A stretch of 64,000 nucleotides of DNA from Dehalococcoidia bacterium (GTDB taxonomy: Bacteria; Chloroflexota; Dehalococcoidia; Lucifugimonadales; VXLM01): contig OY759598.1 in NCBI GenBank assembly GCA_963662435.1, forward strand, positions 3,318,507 to 3,382,506, read 5' to 3'. The notes beneath the pieces were generated by a model. It saw nothing but the letters and a program-made list of their open reading frames with translations. It was not told the origin of the DNA and made no database searches. The position numbers and the translations under genes were made by a program. Each line of letters begins with the position of its first letter. Within the stretch, counting starts at the first letter, position 1. This document shows, piece after piece, positions 10,103 to 18,990 of the stretch.

Positions 10103-11671
10103 GTGTTGCCAGCCCGTGTCCATACGTGGGGGCTCACGCTTTTTCCATTCCATTCAAAGGCCATTGAATACTATGGTGAGAACGGACTGGACGCCACCGT
10201 TGAGTTCTACAGGTCTCCGGCGGGCAGAGAATACGGGCGGACGCTGATCCTTCTGGACCAAGGTGAAAGCAAGTTACTGGTATACCGCAACATACCCGCT
10301 CTGGAAGGCCAAAACGTTGGCCCGGGCACACGATTTTCCGCCTTCGCGGCACTATTGGAAGTTGCCAACGAAGAAGGTACTTGGACAATGTCTCGGGGCA
10401 TCAACCCGGCCACCAGGCAGGAAGAACCACGGCGAGTTCTCGTCGTCCTTCACGACGGCCTGGTATTCTCAGCCAGCCATTCGGTCCTGGTGGAAGACGT
10501 GGGGGATTCCGTCAAGGAATACGTGGACAAGGCCATAGCCAAATATGAAGACGACGGTCTCGACGCTGTAATCTCCCACTACAACGGCCAAGGCAGCCTC
10601 GACGGACAGTTTTACCTCTTCCTCATCGGCGAGGATGACATCTACCTGGCTCATCCGATTTTCCCTCACCTCATCGGCACCGACATCAAGGACGTTGTCG
10701 GCTCCGACGGGCAGGAACTGGGTAAGGAGATAGCTCAAGCCACCGGGGAAGGCGTGTGGGTGGAGTACCTGTGGCCCCATCCCGTCTCCCGAAAGGAACA
10801 GCAAAAGGTCACTTGGGCCATCCGCCACGAAGGGTTGATATTCGCTTCCGGCTATTACGCGGGCGAGCCCGAGACGGGGCCTCCGGCCTGGCGTGACGGA
10901 GACCCGAGGGACTACACGGTCCAGTATGTGAACCAGGCCGTAGAGCGGTACGAGCGTGAAGGCCTGGAGTCCATGCTCAACTACTACAACAGCGTCGCCA
11001 GCTTCGAGGGCGAATGGTATCTCTTCGCCACCGACGACAAGGACACATATCACGTCCACCCTCTGCTGCCGCAGCTGATAGGGACGGATATCAAGGGAGT
11101 GATAGGTTCTGACGGCTATACACTGGGCGAGGAGTTGGCCAAGGCCACCGAGGAAGGCGTGTGGGTGGAATACCTGTGGCCTCACCCGGTAACGCTGAAG
11201 GAAGTACCAAAGGTTTCCTACGCCGTGCGCCGCGACGGAATGCTCTTCGCCTCAGGCTACTACGTGCGCGTTGAAGACCCTGCGGCCCGGACCGCGGCAT
11301 ATGTGCAGGAGGCCATTGAGTACTACCGGAACAATGGGTTGGAGGCCACAATCGCCCACTACAACAGCGATGAAAGCCTTGACGGCCAATGGGGCCTGAC
11401 CCTGGCCGACGAGAACGACATTCTCCGCGTCGCTCCGCTTGGCAAGCACCTGATAGGCACCAGCTTGAAGGACCTTGCCACGTTCCGCAGCCGGGATATT
11501 GGTCAAGAGATGGGGGCAGCTACGGAGGAAGGAAGCTGGATCAGCTACATCTTCCCCAACGTCAGGTCCTCGGAGACCCTATATGCCCATACTTGGGCGG
11601 TGCGCCACGATGGCCTGCTCTTCATGTCACGGTACTACGACGATCAGTCCGGCGATCCCGACGCACCTTAG
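10103..11671 (+). CDS. Protein of four tandem single-Cache-like domains, probably 5'-truncated
   Basis: Repeated (YV)xxAIxxYxxxGLxA...YLF...GTDIK...G.WVEYLWPHP...ASGYY. The first repeat starts abruptly and no signal peptide or TM is seen. Confidence 0.75.
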   Translation: MLPARVHTWGLTLFPFHSKAIEYYGENGLDATVEFYRSPAGREYGRTLILLDQGESKLLVYRNIPALEGQNVGPGTRFSAFAALLEVANEEGTWTMSRGINPATRQEEPRRVLVVLHDGLVFSASHSVLVEDVGDSVKEYVDKAIAKYEDDGLDAVISHYNGQGSLDGQFYLFLIGEDDIYLAHPIFPHLIGTDIKDVVGSDGQELGKEIAQATGEGVWVEYLWPHPVSRKEQQKVTWAIRHEGLIFASGYYAGEPETGPPAWRDGDPRDYTVQYVNQAVERYEREGLESMLNYYNSVASFEGEWYLFATDDKDTYHVHPLLPQLIGTDIKGVIGSDGYTLGEELAKATEEGVWVEYLWPHPVTLKEVPKVSYAVRRDGMLFASGYYVRVEDPAARTAAYVQEAIEYYRNNGLEATIAHYNSDESLDGQWGLTLADENDILRVAPLGKHLIGTSLKDLATFRSRDIGQEMGAATEEGSWISYIFPNVRSSETLYAHTWAVRHDGLLFMSRYYDDQSGDPDAP

Positions 11672-12021
11672 GGTGTTGTTGGACGGGGAGCCGTCGCAAG
11701 CGGTCGGCCTTCGTGTATGACGGACGCGCAGGACCTTGGCCCACCCGGATCCGGCAACGATTAGCAGTGATCTCGAAGAGTTGTTTGGCCTCGCGCCAAA
11801 CAACGACGAGTCGGGGGTCCGGGAGATGGGTCTCCGTTCAACTCGCCAGTAGACGCAACGCTCGATCGAACATCGAGATGGATGCGGACTGAGGCTTGGG
11901 CCCTCGGTTCCTGGGCTTGACCGGCCTCTCTCTAACTTGAATGCTGCCCAGAGGAACCGCCTTGCTGCGGTTCCTCGGCCTCCGGTCAGTGGCGGTAGCC
12001 GTTGACCGTAATCAGTCGTTG

Positions 12022-12096
12022 CCCGATGGGTCTAGCTAGAGTTGGTGGGGAAGAGGGAATGTACAGCGATGTTTCCGGTGGGAGATCCTGATATGA
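12022..12096. repeat. att-like junction C
   Basis: CCCGATGGGTCTAGCTAGAGT + TGGTGGGGAAG-AGGGAAT (12043-12060) + GTACAGCGATGTTTCCGGTGGGAGATCCTGATATGA. Confidence 0.8.
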
Positions 12097-12197
12097 GTAG
12101 TCGGTTCAGGCTAGCCCACATCGCTCCATACTCTGCTCAGATTGCTGTTCCCTATCTAGTAGAGGTGGAGCCGGCAGTGTTGCGCCGTTCTGCCTGC

Positions 12198-12860
12198 CTA
12201 TTCACCTTCTGCGTATGTGAGCAGCCAGACTCCCCCGAATTCTTCGTAGACAAACACCATGTTAATTGAACCCTGGGGGAATCGTGCGATGTGTTTGATC
12301 TCCCATCTGCCCGGAGCGATTTCCGTGGGCGGCGAAGTTTCCTCCGCCGAAATGGTGATGCTGAAGGTCCTGAAGGGCTGCATGTTCGACCGGATCTCTT
12401 CCTCTTGTTCCTTCCAGTAGTTTTCCTCGTAGAAGGTCATGAGCGCGTCAAGGTCGTGCTTGTTGTAGACCTCCCACAGTTGCATGGTCTTTTCGCTGAG
12501 GTGTTCGGCAACGTTTACTGAGTCGCCTGAGACTGCTTCCCCGGATGTGTTCTCGGCAGGCGTGGGCTCCGCCTGGGGCGTTTCGGAAACCTCGCCTCCG
12601 GACGCGGGTTCCGCGGTTGGGTTCTCGGCAGGGGTGGGCTCCACCTGGGGCGTTTCGGAAGCCTCGCCGCCAGACGTGGGTTCCGCGGTTGGGTTCTCGG
12701 CAGGGGTGGGCTCCACCTGGGGTGTTTCAGTGGCCGTCTGCGTGGGCGCCGGCGTTTCGGGAGATTCGCCGCCGGTCGATTCCTCGGCAGACCCGCCGCA
12801 CGCAGCCTGGACGAGGGACAGCGCCAAGATGACCGCCATTGCCGTTCCCCTCTGCAGCAT
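12198..12860 (-). CDS. Lipoprotein with 24-aa (72-bp) tandem repeats and an NTF2/SnoaL-like C-terminal domain
   Basis: Lipobox AAC; ETPQVEPTPAENPTAEPxSGGExS about 2.5 times; WEVYNKHDLDALMTFY. Upstream promoter TTGACA-17-TATCTT (12938-12910). Confidence 0.75.
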   Translation of the reverse strand: MLQRGTAMAVILALSLVQAACGGSAEESTGGESPETPAPTQTATETPQVEPTPAENPTAEPTSGGEASETPQVEPTPAENPTAEPASGGEVSETPQAEPTPAENTSGEAVSGDSVNVAEHLSEKTMQLWEVYNKHDLDALMTFYEENYWKEQEEEIRSNMQPFRTFSITISAEETSPPTEIAPGRWEIKHIARFPQGSINMVFVYEEFGGVWLLTYAEGE

Positions 12861-12941
12861 ACCGTCCCCCCGGGTAGAGAAATTTACGTTTTTCGAATGA
12901 TGAAGGCAAAAGATAGTCCAGAGCTGGCAATGTGTCAAGAA

Positions 12942-12996
12942 AGAGGGGAAAGAGGGGACTGTACTGCTAACTTTTCGGTGGGAGGTCTCGATATAG
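12942..12996. repeat. att-like junction B
   Basis: Degenerate core (13/19 to the tRNA end) + GTACTGCTAACTTTTCGGTGGGAGGTCTCGATATAG. Confidence 0.75.
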
Positions 12997-13219
12997 GGAG
13001 GGAGACAGTCAGACGACCTTTGGCATAGGCATATGCCCGTCTAGAGTCCATTGTACGCCAAGGTTGAAGACTCGCGAATCCCTCCAAAGTACGTTTGGGC
13101 CACGATGGACTTCATGGTCCTAGAGTCAGGACTAGAATCCCCGCATCACTCAACCGGTTGTCAGCAAGTATTCGCAGGAGTCGTGACGCCTTCGCAAATG
13201 CACTATCATCTCCCTATCC

Positions 13220-14176
13220 ATGTTTTCAGTGTGGTGGGACGGTCTCTTCCTCAATGCCTTGACCCTTCTGTTGGCAGTAGGGTTAGACCGCCTTTTCCCC
13301 GAGCCCCCCACCAAAATCCACCCAGTGGTCTGGATGGGACGCATGATTGCCGTTTTGGAGCATGTCGCGCCGCAAAAGCCGGCGCCTGCGTTCCTATTCG
13401 GCTGCGCCATCGCTATACTCGTAGTGGGTGTATCGACAGGTATTGCCTGGCTTGCAGCGGTTGCGCTGGCGTCAGTACATCCGCTGGCCTACGTGGCGGG
13501 TGGCGCGATAATGCTTCGGGCCACCTTTACGGTCAAAGGACTCTCATCGGCAGCGATGTGCACACAGCAGGCTCTCGGCGAGGGTCGACTTGACGCGGCG
13601 CGGGCGAGTCTGAGGAGTCTGGTCAGTCGCGACCCTACCGCTCTGACCCCACAGTTGGTTGCTGCATCGGCCATAGAGTCCGTGGCTGAGAACACGACGG
13701 ACAGCTATGTGGGAACGTGGCTGGCGTTCGCAGTGTTCGGCGTGCCGGGCGCGGTGGCCTACAGGGCTGTAAGCACGCTCGACAGTATGCTGGGATATCG
13801 TGGCAGCTACGAGTATCTCGGCAAGGCTGCCGCTCGCCTGGATGACGCTGCAAACCTGATACCGGCACGGTTGAGCGCGCTCCTGCTGTTGCTGAGTGGG
13901 GCGCTGGGCAACTTGTCCGTTCGCCGTGCTTGGTTCGTCATGTTGAGAGACCATAGACACACCGCGAGTCCCAATGCAGGATGGACCATGAGTGCAATGG
14001 CGGGGCTTCTAGGAACACGGTTGGTTAAGCCGGGGCACTACAGTCTCGGCGAGGGAATGCGGGAGCCGAATGCTGAGGATATCGGCACTGCGATCCGGGT
14101 CGCTGAGCGGACTGCCATACTCGCGGTGGTTGCAACCATAGGCTTGCTGACGATGCGGCACGCCCTCGTGGGCTGA
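13220..14176 (+). CDS. cbiB: Adenosylcobinamide-phosphate synthase CbiB/CobD
   Basis: HPVVWMG, LVSRD, IESVAENTTD, YRAVSTLDSMLGY, ARLDDAANLIPARL, SPNAGWTMSAMAGLLG. Confidence 0.92.
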   Translation: MFSVWWDGLFLNALTLLLAVGLDRLFPEPPTKIHPVVWMGRMIAVLEHVAPQKPAPAFLFGCAIAILVVGVSTGIAWLAAVALASVHPLAYVAGGAIMLRATFTVKGLSSAAMCTQQALGEGRLDAARASLRSLVSRDPTALTPQLVAASAIESVAENTTDSYVGTWLAFAVFGVPGAVAYRAVSTLDSMLGYRGSYEYLGKAAARLDDAANLIPARLSALLLLLSGALGNLSVRRAWFVMLRDHRHTASPNAGWTMSAMAGLLGTRLVKPGHYSLGEGMREPNAEDIGTAIRVAERTAILAVVATIGLLTMRHALVG

Positions 14177-14410
14177 TACGAGGCGGATGGGTTTGACGAC
14201 GATTCATGGGGGTAGAACGTAGTGGAGTTGCGCTCCTTGGGCCTCGAGCAGTAGGGGGGTGATGCCCCGCTTCATCAGCGTGTAGGCAGCGCTGAGCCCG
14301 GCGAAGCCCCCACCAACTATGACGGCGCGCTTGGTGCTCATATGCGCGGCTCCCTTCTCGCACCACCCTCCATCAATTGCACAGGCGTCTTACGGCCGGA
14401 AGCAAGCGTG

Positions 14411-14465
14411 TGGTGGGCTAGAGGGGACTGTACTGCGAACTTTTCGGTGGGCCATTTCGCTCTGA
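14411..14465. repeat. att-like junction A
   Basis: TGGTGGGCTAGAGGGGACT (15/19 to the tRNA end) + GTACTGCGAACTTTTCGGTGGGCCATTTCGCTCTGA. Confidence 0.8.
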
Positions 14466-14503
14466 GGTAATGAACCGGCGAATTCACCTGTTCGCGCTCG
14501 ATC

Positions 14504-16459
14504 TCACTGCCCGGGCAGCGCGAATGCGACGAGTGCCGCGTCCGTGCCACGGCCCGTGGCGATAACGACGATCTGCCGCCCTGAACGCGTCCGATAGGTC
14601 ATCGGGTTCGCGCTGGTTGGAAACGGCGTTGCGCCGCGCCAGAGTTCGGCACCCGTTGACTTGTCGAACGCATACAGGTACGGGTCGCCACCGCCGAGGA
14701 AGACCAGTCCCCCCTTGGTCACCAGTGATCCAGAGTTGCCGAGCGTGCCCAGCCGCTCCGGCAAGTCGACTCCGCGAAGCAACGGGTGCGTGCGGATCTC
14801 GTCGCTCCCTTCCCCTAAGGGCACCTTCCACGCGATCTCACCCGCGTTGAGGTCGATCGCCACGAGGCGCGCGTAGGGCGGCTTGGTGAGCGGGATCGGG
14901 CCGAGCTCACTCTCCGGGGCCGGTAACGCGCCCGGTCCGCCGGCCTCCCGGAACATGACACGTGTCGCCCCAAAGGGGCAGTTGTTGCTGTACTCGACGT
15001 CGACGCGCGGGTCGACGCCCACATTCTCGCAGACCTGGTTTGTGTCGGCTTCCTCCGATGTCCGCACGTACAGGATCCCGGTCTCGGGGTCGAACGCCGC
15101 CCCGCCCCAGTTTGCGCCGCCGCTCGCTCCTGGGCGCTGGAGCGTCCCCTGAAGGCTCGGCGGGGTGAAGAGCGGGCCCAGCCTAAACCGCTCCATCTCC
15201 TCCACCGCGAGCGCATGTATCTCAGGAGTCAGATCGTTCGCGTCTTCAAGCGATACTCCCTGCCGGGCGAACGGCGGGGGCTTCGACGGGAATGGCTGCG
15301 TTGGATACAGCTCCTCGCCTGGGACGTCCGTGACCGTGTCCACCGGGCGCTCCTCGATCGGCCACACCGGTACGCCCGTCACCCGGTCGAACACGTACGT
15401 AAAGCCATGCTTTGAGACCTGCGCCACCGCGTCGATCCCACGCCCGTCCACCGTTATCGTCACAAGGTTCGGCGCCGCGGAGAGATCGTAGTCCCACAGG
15501 CCGTGGTGTACTGCCTGGAAGTGCCACCGCCGCTCGCCCGTGCGGGCATCTAGGCACACCAGCGACTCGGCAAACAGGTTCGCCCCTTTTCGGCGTCCCC
15601 CCCAGTAGTCGCTGCTCGGCGTGCTCGTCGGTACGTAGAGGAGCCCCCGCTCGGCGTCGAGCGACATCAACCCCCACACGTTGGCGTGGCCGGTATAGCG
15701 CCAGGACTCGTCCTCCCAGGTGTCCGCGCCGAAGTCGTCGCTCGATTGCGGGATGGTGAAGAACACCCAGCGCCGCTCGCCCGTTCGGGCGTCGAAAGCC
15801 TGGACCGTACCGGGCGGATCGAACTCACGCTGCACCCCGTCGGGCACGCGGCTCCCGACGATCACCAGGTCTTCGAACACGACAGGGGGGGAGGTCTGGT
15901 CGAACTCGAAGCGGCTGACCGGGCGGCCATGCCCCTCGGTCAGCACGACACTCCCGCCCTCGCCGAAGTCCGCGTCCGGTTCACCGGTCGCGGAGTCGAT
16001 CGCATACAGCCGGTCGCGGCTGTTGAGGAAGATGCGAGCGGCGTCCCCGTCGCTCCAGTAGGCGATGCCCCGGTGCTTGAAGCCGGTCGGTCCCGCGCCG
16101 ACCGGACCGCCCTCGTATGCCCTCGGATCGAACGTCCAGAGTTCTGCGCCCGTTTCGGCGTCGAGCGCCGCCACCCGCGTGTACATCGTGGAGAGGTAGA
16201 GAGTGCCGTCAACCATGATGGGAGTGGTCTGGAAGGGACCCGGCTGCGTGGCGTACTCATCGAGGGGCGTCTCGTTCGGCTCCCATTTCCAGACGATCTC
16301 GAGTTCGCTGACGTTGGCGGCAGTGATTTCCTCGGCTACCGAGTACTTTGTATGCGCCTGGTCTGAACCGACGAATGGCCAGCCGGTTGTGGCGTCCGGC
16401 TCCTGGGCGCAAGCGACCGTGGCCGATATAAGGGCAGTTGTGACAAGAAGGGCCCTCAT
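14504..16459 (-). CDS. PQQ-dependent dehydrogenase (quinoprotein glucose/quinate dehydrogenase family)
   Basis: Signal peptide; QTTPIMVDGTLY, ALDAETGAELWTFDP, WHFQAVHHGLWDYD, GGANWGG, ANPMTY. Confidence 0.9.
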   Translation of the reverse strand: MRALLVTTALISATVACAQEPDATTGWPFVGSDQAHTKYSVAEEITAANVSELEIVWKWEPNETPLDEYATQPGPFQTTPIMVDGTLYLSTMYTRVAALDAETGAELWTFDPRAYEGGPVGAGPTGFKHRGIAYWSDGDAARIFLNSRDRLYAIDSATGEPDADFGEGGSVVLTEGHGRPVSRFEFDQTSPPVVFEDLVIVGSRVPDGVQREFDPPGTVQAFDARTGERRWVFFTIPQSSDDFGADTWEDESWRYTGHANVWGLMSLDAERGLLYVPTSTPSSDYWGGRRKGANLFAESLVCLDARTGERRWHFQAVHHGLWDYDLSAAPNLVTITVDGRGIDAVAQVSKHGFTYVFDRVTGVPVWPIEERPVDTVTDVPGEELYPTQPFPSKPPPFARQGVSLEDANDLTPEIHALAVEEMERFRLGPLFTPPSLQGTLQRPGASGGANWGGAAFDPETGILYVRTSEEADTNQVCENVGVDPRVDVEYSNNCPFGATRVMFREAGGPGALPAPESELGPIPLTKPPYARLVAIDLNAGEIAWKVPLGEGSDEIRTHPLLRGVDLPERLGTLGNSGSLVTKGGLVFLGGGDPYLYAFDKSTGAELWRGATPFPTSANPMTYRTRSGRQIVVIATGRGTDAALVAFALPGQ

Positions 16460-16844
16460 GAACTTGACTCCAATGGAGAATGACCGGGCGCGAGCTGGTG
16501 ATACCGGCCTGCCGAAGTTCGTTTGACGGAAAACGCCTCGCGGAGTTTCGCTGGCTTACGAGTCTCCTCTCTCATCCCAGTAGGATACCGGAATATGAGG
16601 TATGTCATGGTGGCCTCGACTGTACTCAGAGGCAGAAACTTCACCCTGAGGCTTGCGTTAGCCGATCTAGTGGATGGTGGTGATGGCCCAAAGCTCTGGT
16701 TCGAATCCTAGGCGGCTCACTTTCGCATGGTGGAGTACAGCTTTCCACTCGGGCATCGGTGTTGGCATAGTGTCACCCGTGCGACGGGTCCCCGTCGTAG
16801 CCATAGGACAAGAGTTCGAGTCCCAGATGGGGCTAGCTACGAAT

Positions 16845-16929
16845 TGGTGGGGAAGGAGGGACTCGAACCCTCACGCCTTGCGGCACATGATCCTAAGTCA
16901 TGCTCGTCTGCCAATTCCGACACTTCCCC
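16845..16929 (-). tRNA. tRNA-Leu (anticodon TAG)
   Basis: GGGGAAG/CTTCCCC acceptor stem, anticodon arm CATGA-CTTAGGA-TCATG, long variable arm, GGTTCGAGTCC T loop, encoded CCA. Confidence 0.97.
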
Positions 16930-17047
16930 ACGTGGGGTGACGGGGTATTTCGATTATAGCTGGTAGGCAGTGGCGTGCATAGGAAGAACCGGTGTCTAAA
17001 GGCGCGGGCATAGTTGCCGAAATGGGTGTTTGCGCAGTGCTTGCAAG

Positions 17048-17340
17048 CCGTTCGTGGTGGGCCCTTAGACGGGCTTTATTGTAACTTCTTCATATCAGCG
17101 ACGATGCACGGCCATATTCAGCCTTCGACAGGCTCAGGCCGAACGTACTCTCTCTTAGAGGGTGTCTAATAAGTCGTCGGAAACCGTTCGTGGTGAGCTT
17201 GTCGAACCATGAACAGCGCCTCGACCCTTCGACAGGTTCAGGGTGAACGGAAGGGTTCTTAAACACCCTCTTACCTGCGTCCCCCGTTACTGGCACCCCG
17301 GCATGGACCTAAACCCGGGGCGTAACGATGCTCAGTGCGA
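17048..17340. repeat. Cluster of REP-like palindromic repeats (CCGTTCGTGGTGAGCTTGTCGAA / CCTTCGACAGGCTCAGG type)
   Basis: The same units recur at 45088-45240 and 61640-61680; 17271-17336 aligns with 45167-45230. Confidence 0.7.
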
Positions 17341-17380
17341 ATGAGATGGCATTGCTCGACGGTACTTTCGGGAAGGCGGT

Positions 17381-18877
17381 CTAAGGCAAGTCTTCCGCAG
17401 TGACACCTCCTCGTTCTCGCAAGTGTGTGGCGACGGCGTCGTTTCCCTTCTCGATGGCTATGTCGAGGGCGGTCTTGCCCTCGTCGTCGAGTGCGTTTAT
17501 GTTTGCGCCGTTGGACAGTAGGAACTCGATCCCGATGAGGGGGTCTCCGTAGCGTTCCTCCCAGGTTGGGGGATATATCAACGCTTGGAGAGGGGTCTGT
17601 CCGCGCCGGTTTATTCGATTTACGTCCGCGCCATGTCGAATGAGCAGACCGGCGACTTCGAGGTTTCCCTTGGTGGTGAATTCACCAAGGTGCGTGCGTC
17701 CCGTCTGCCGCCGGGCGACTTCGACATCGGCGCCGGCGTCGATGAGCGCGGATGCCACCTCCATAGAGGTCTCGACTGGCAGGTCTACGGCGAGGGGCAG
17801 GGCCATCTGGTCCCACGATCCCAGGCCGTTCGGTTCGGCTCCCACGGCGAGCAGGTACTTCATCACCTCGATCTGACCTGACCGGACGGCCCAGAGCAGT
17901 GGGGGATCGGACCATTCGGCGCCGATCCGGCGGTTGGTGAACTCCGGGTCATCCTCGACGCACTTCTTGATCTCGTCGAGCATTCCCAGGCAGATGAGCA
18001 CCTGTGGAGTCACCTCCGCGCCCTGCTCTATGAGGTACTCGCCGACCTCTTCCTGGCGGCGGAATGCGGCCCATTCGAGAGGAGTGCGGTTCCGGTACAT
18101 GTCGCGGCGGTTGATGTAAAACTCTCCGTCGTTCATCTGTCGCTTGACCTCCTCAAGGTCGCCCACGACCGCCGCAGAGAAGATGTCGTGTCTCGCGCCG
18201 TATCGGAGGAGGATGTCGATCTTCCAAGGGTCCCAGTGGTTGATGGCGGAGTGAAGGGGCGAGCCTCCGTGAATGGCGGGCAGGTTGGGGTTGGCTCCCG
18301 CCTCCAGGAGAATCTGAACGGTCTCCCTCGACCCCTCCCAGCAAGCGAGCACCAGAGGGGGCGACCATTGGTGATTGCCCTCGTAGCCATACGCGTCGAC
18401 ATCTGCGCCGTACTCGATCAGCAGGCGGAGGAGGTCGCCATGCGTATACGCGGCAAAGTGAATGGCACGTACCGTCTCACCCTTGGACGGGTCTCCCCAG
18501 GGAGAGCCCCATCCCCAGTTGCCCCGAATGGAGGCAGTGCCTCTCACGTCCGCGTTCGCGAGGGAAGCGTCTTGATCGAGGAGCTCGCGGACGCGGACGA
18601 GGTCAAGCGCCCCGACGGCCTTGAAGAACTCGTGGTCGGGCGGGAGCGCGGACTTATGCCTTTCCGCTCGAGCAGTGTAGGTGGAGGACGGTTCGACCTC
18701 CGTGCGGAGGGCGTCCCAGTCATCGAAGCCGTACTCGCGGGCGACGGCGTTGCGGGCGTCCGCGACGGAGACGGGTGTCGCGTCGCCTTGCGGCGCTTGT
18801 TTGTTCACGAGGGACTGGACCCTGTTTCGGAAGATTCTCAGGTCGGGGTTGGAAGGTAGCTGTTTGTGGGTTGTCAT
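17381..18877 (-). CDS. Ankyrin-repeat protein with an N-terminal LPxxP...AREYGFxxW domain
   Basis: Multiple TPLxxA/GADVN ankyrin motifs; N-terminus LPSNPDL...ARNAVAREYGFDDW. Confidence 0.9.
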   Translation of the reverse strand: MTTHKQLPSNPDLRIFRNRVQSLVNKQAPQGDATPVSVADARNAVAREYGFDDWDALRTEVEPSSTYTARAERHKSALPPDHEFFKAVGALDLVRVRELLDQDASLANADVRGTASIRGNWGWGSPWGDPSKGETVRAIHFAAYTHGDLLRLLIEYGADVDAYGYEGNHQWSPPLVLACWEGSRETVQILLEAGANPNLPAIHGGSPLHSAINHWDPWKIDILLRYGARHDIFSAAVVGDLEEVKRQMNDGEFYINRRDMYRNRTPLEWAAFRRQEEVGEYLIEQGAEVTPQVLICLGMLDEIKKCVEDDPEFTNRRIGAEWSDPPLLWAVRSGQIEVMKYLLAVGAEPNGLGSWDQMALPLAVDLPVETSMEVASALIDAGADVEVARRQTGRTHLGEFTTKGNLEVAGLLIRHGADVNRINRRGQTPLQALIYPPTWEERYGDPLIGIEFLLSNGANINALDDEGKTALDIAIEKGNDAVATHLRERGGVTAEDLP

Positions 18878-18990
18878 CGTGATTCCTTTCTTTTGGGCGG
18901 TGGGCGGGTAGCTAGGACCGGTTCCGCTTACTTAAGACACCCTCACCCCCGTATCAGGTACGGGGCAGGCTCTAGCCCTCTCCCACGACG

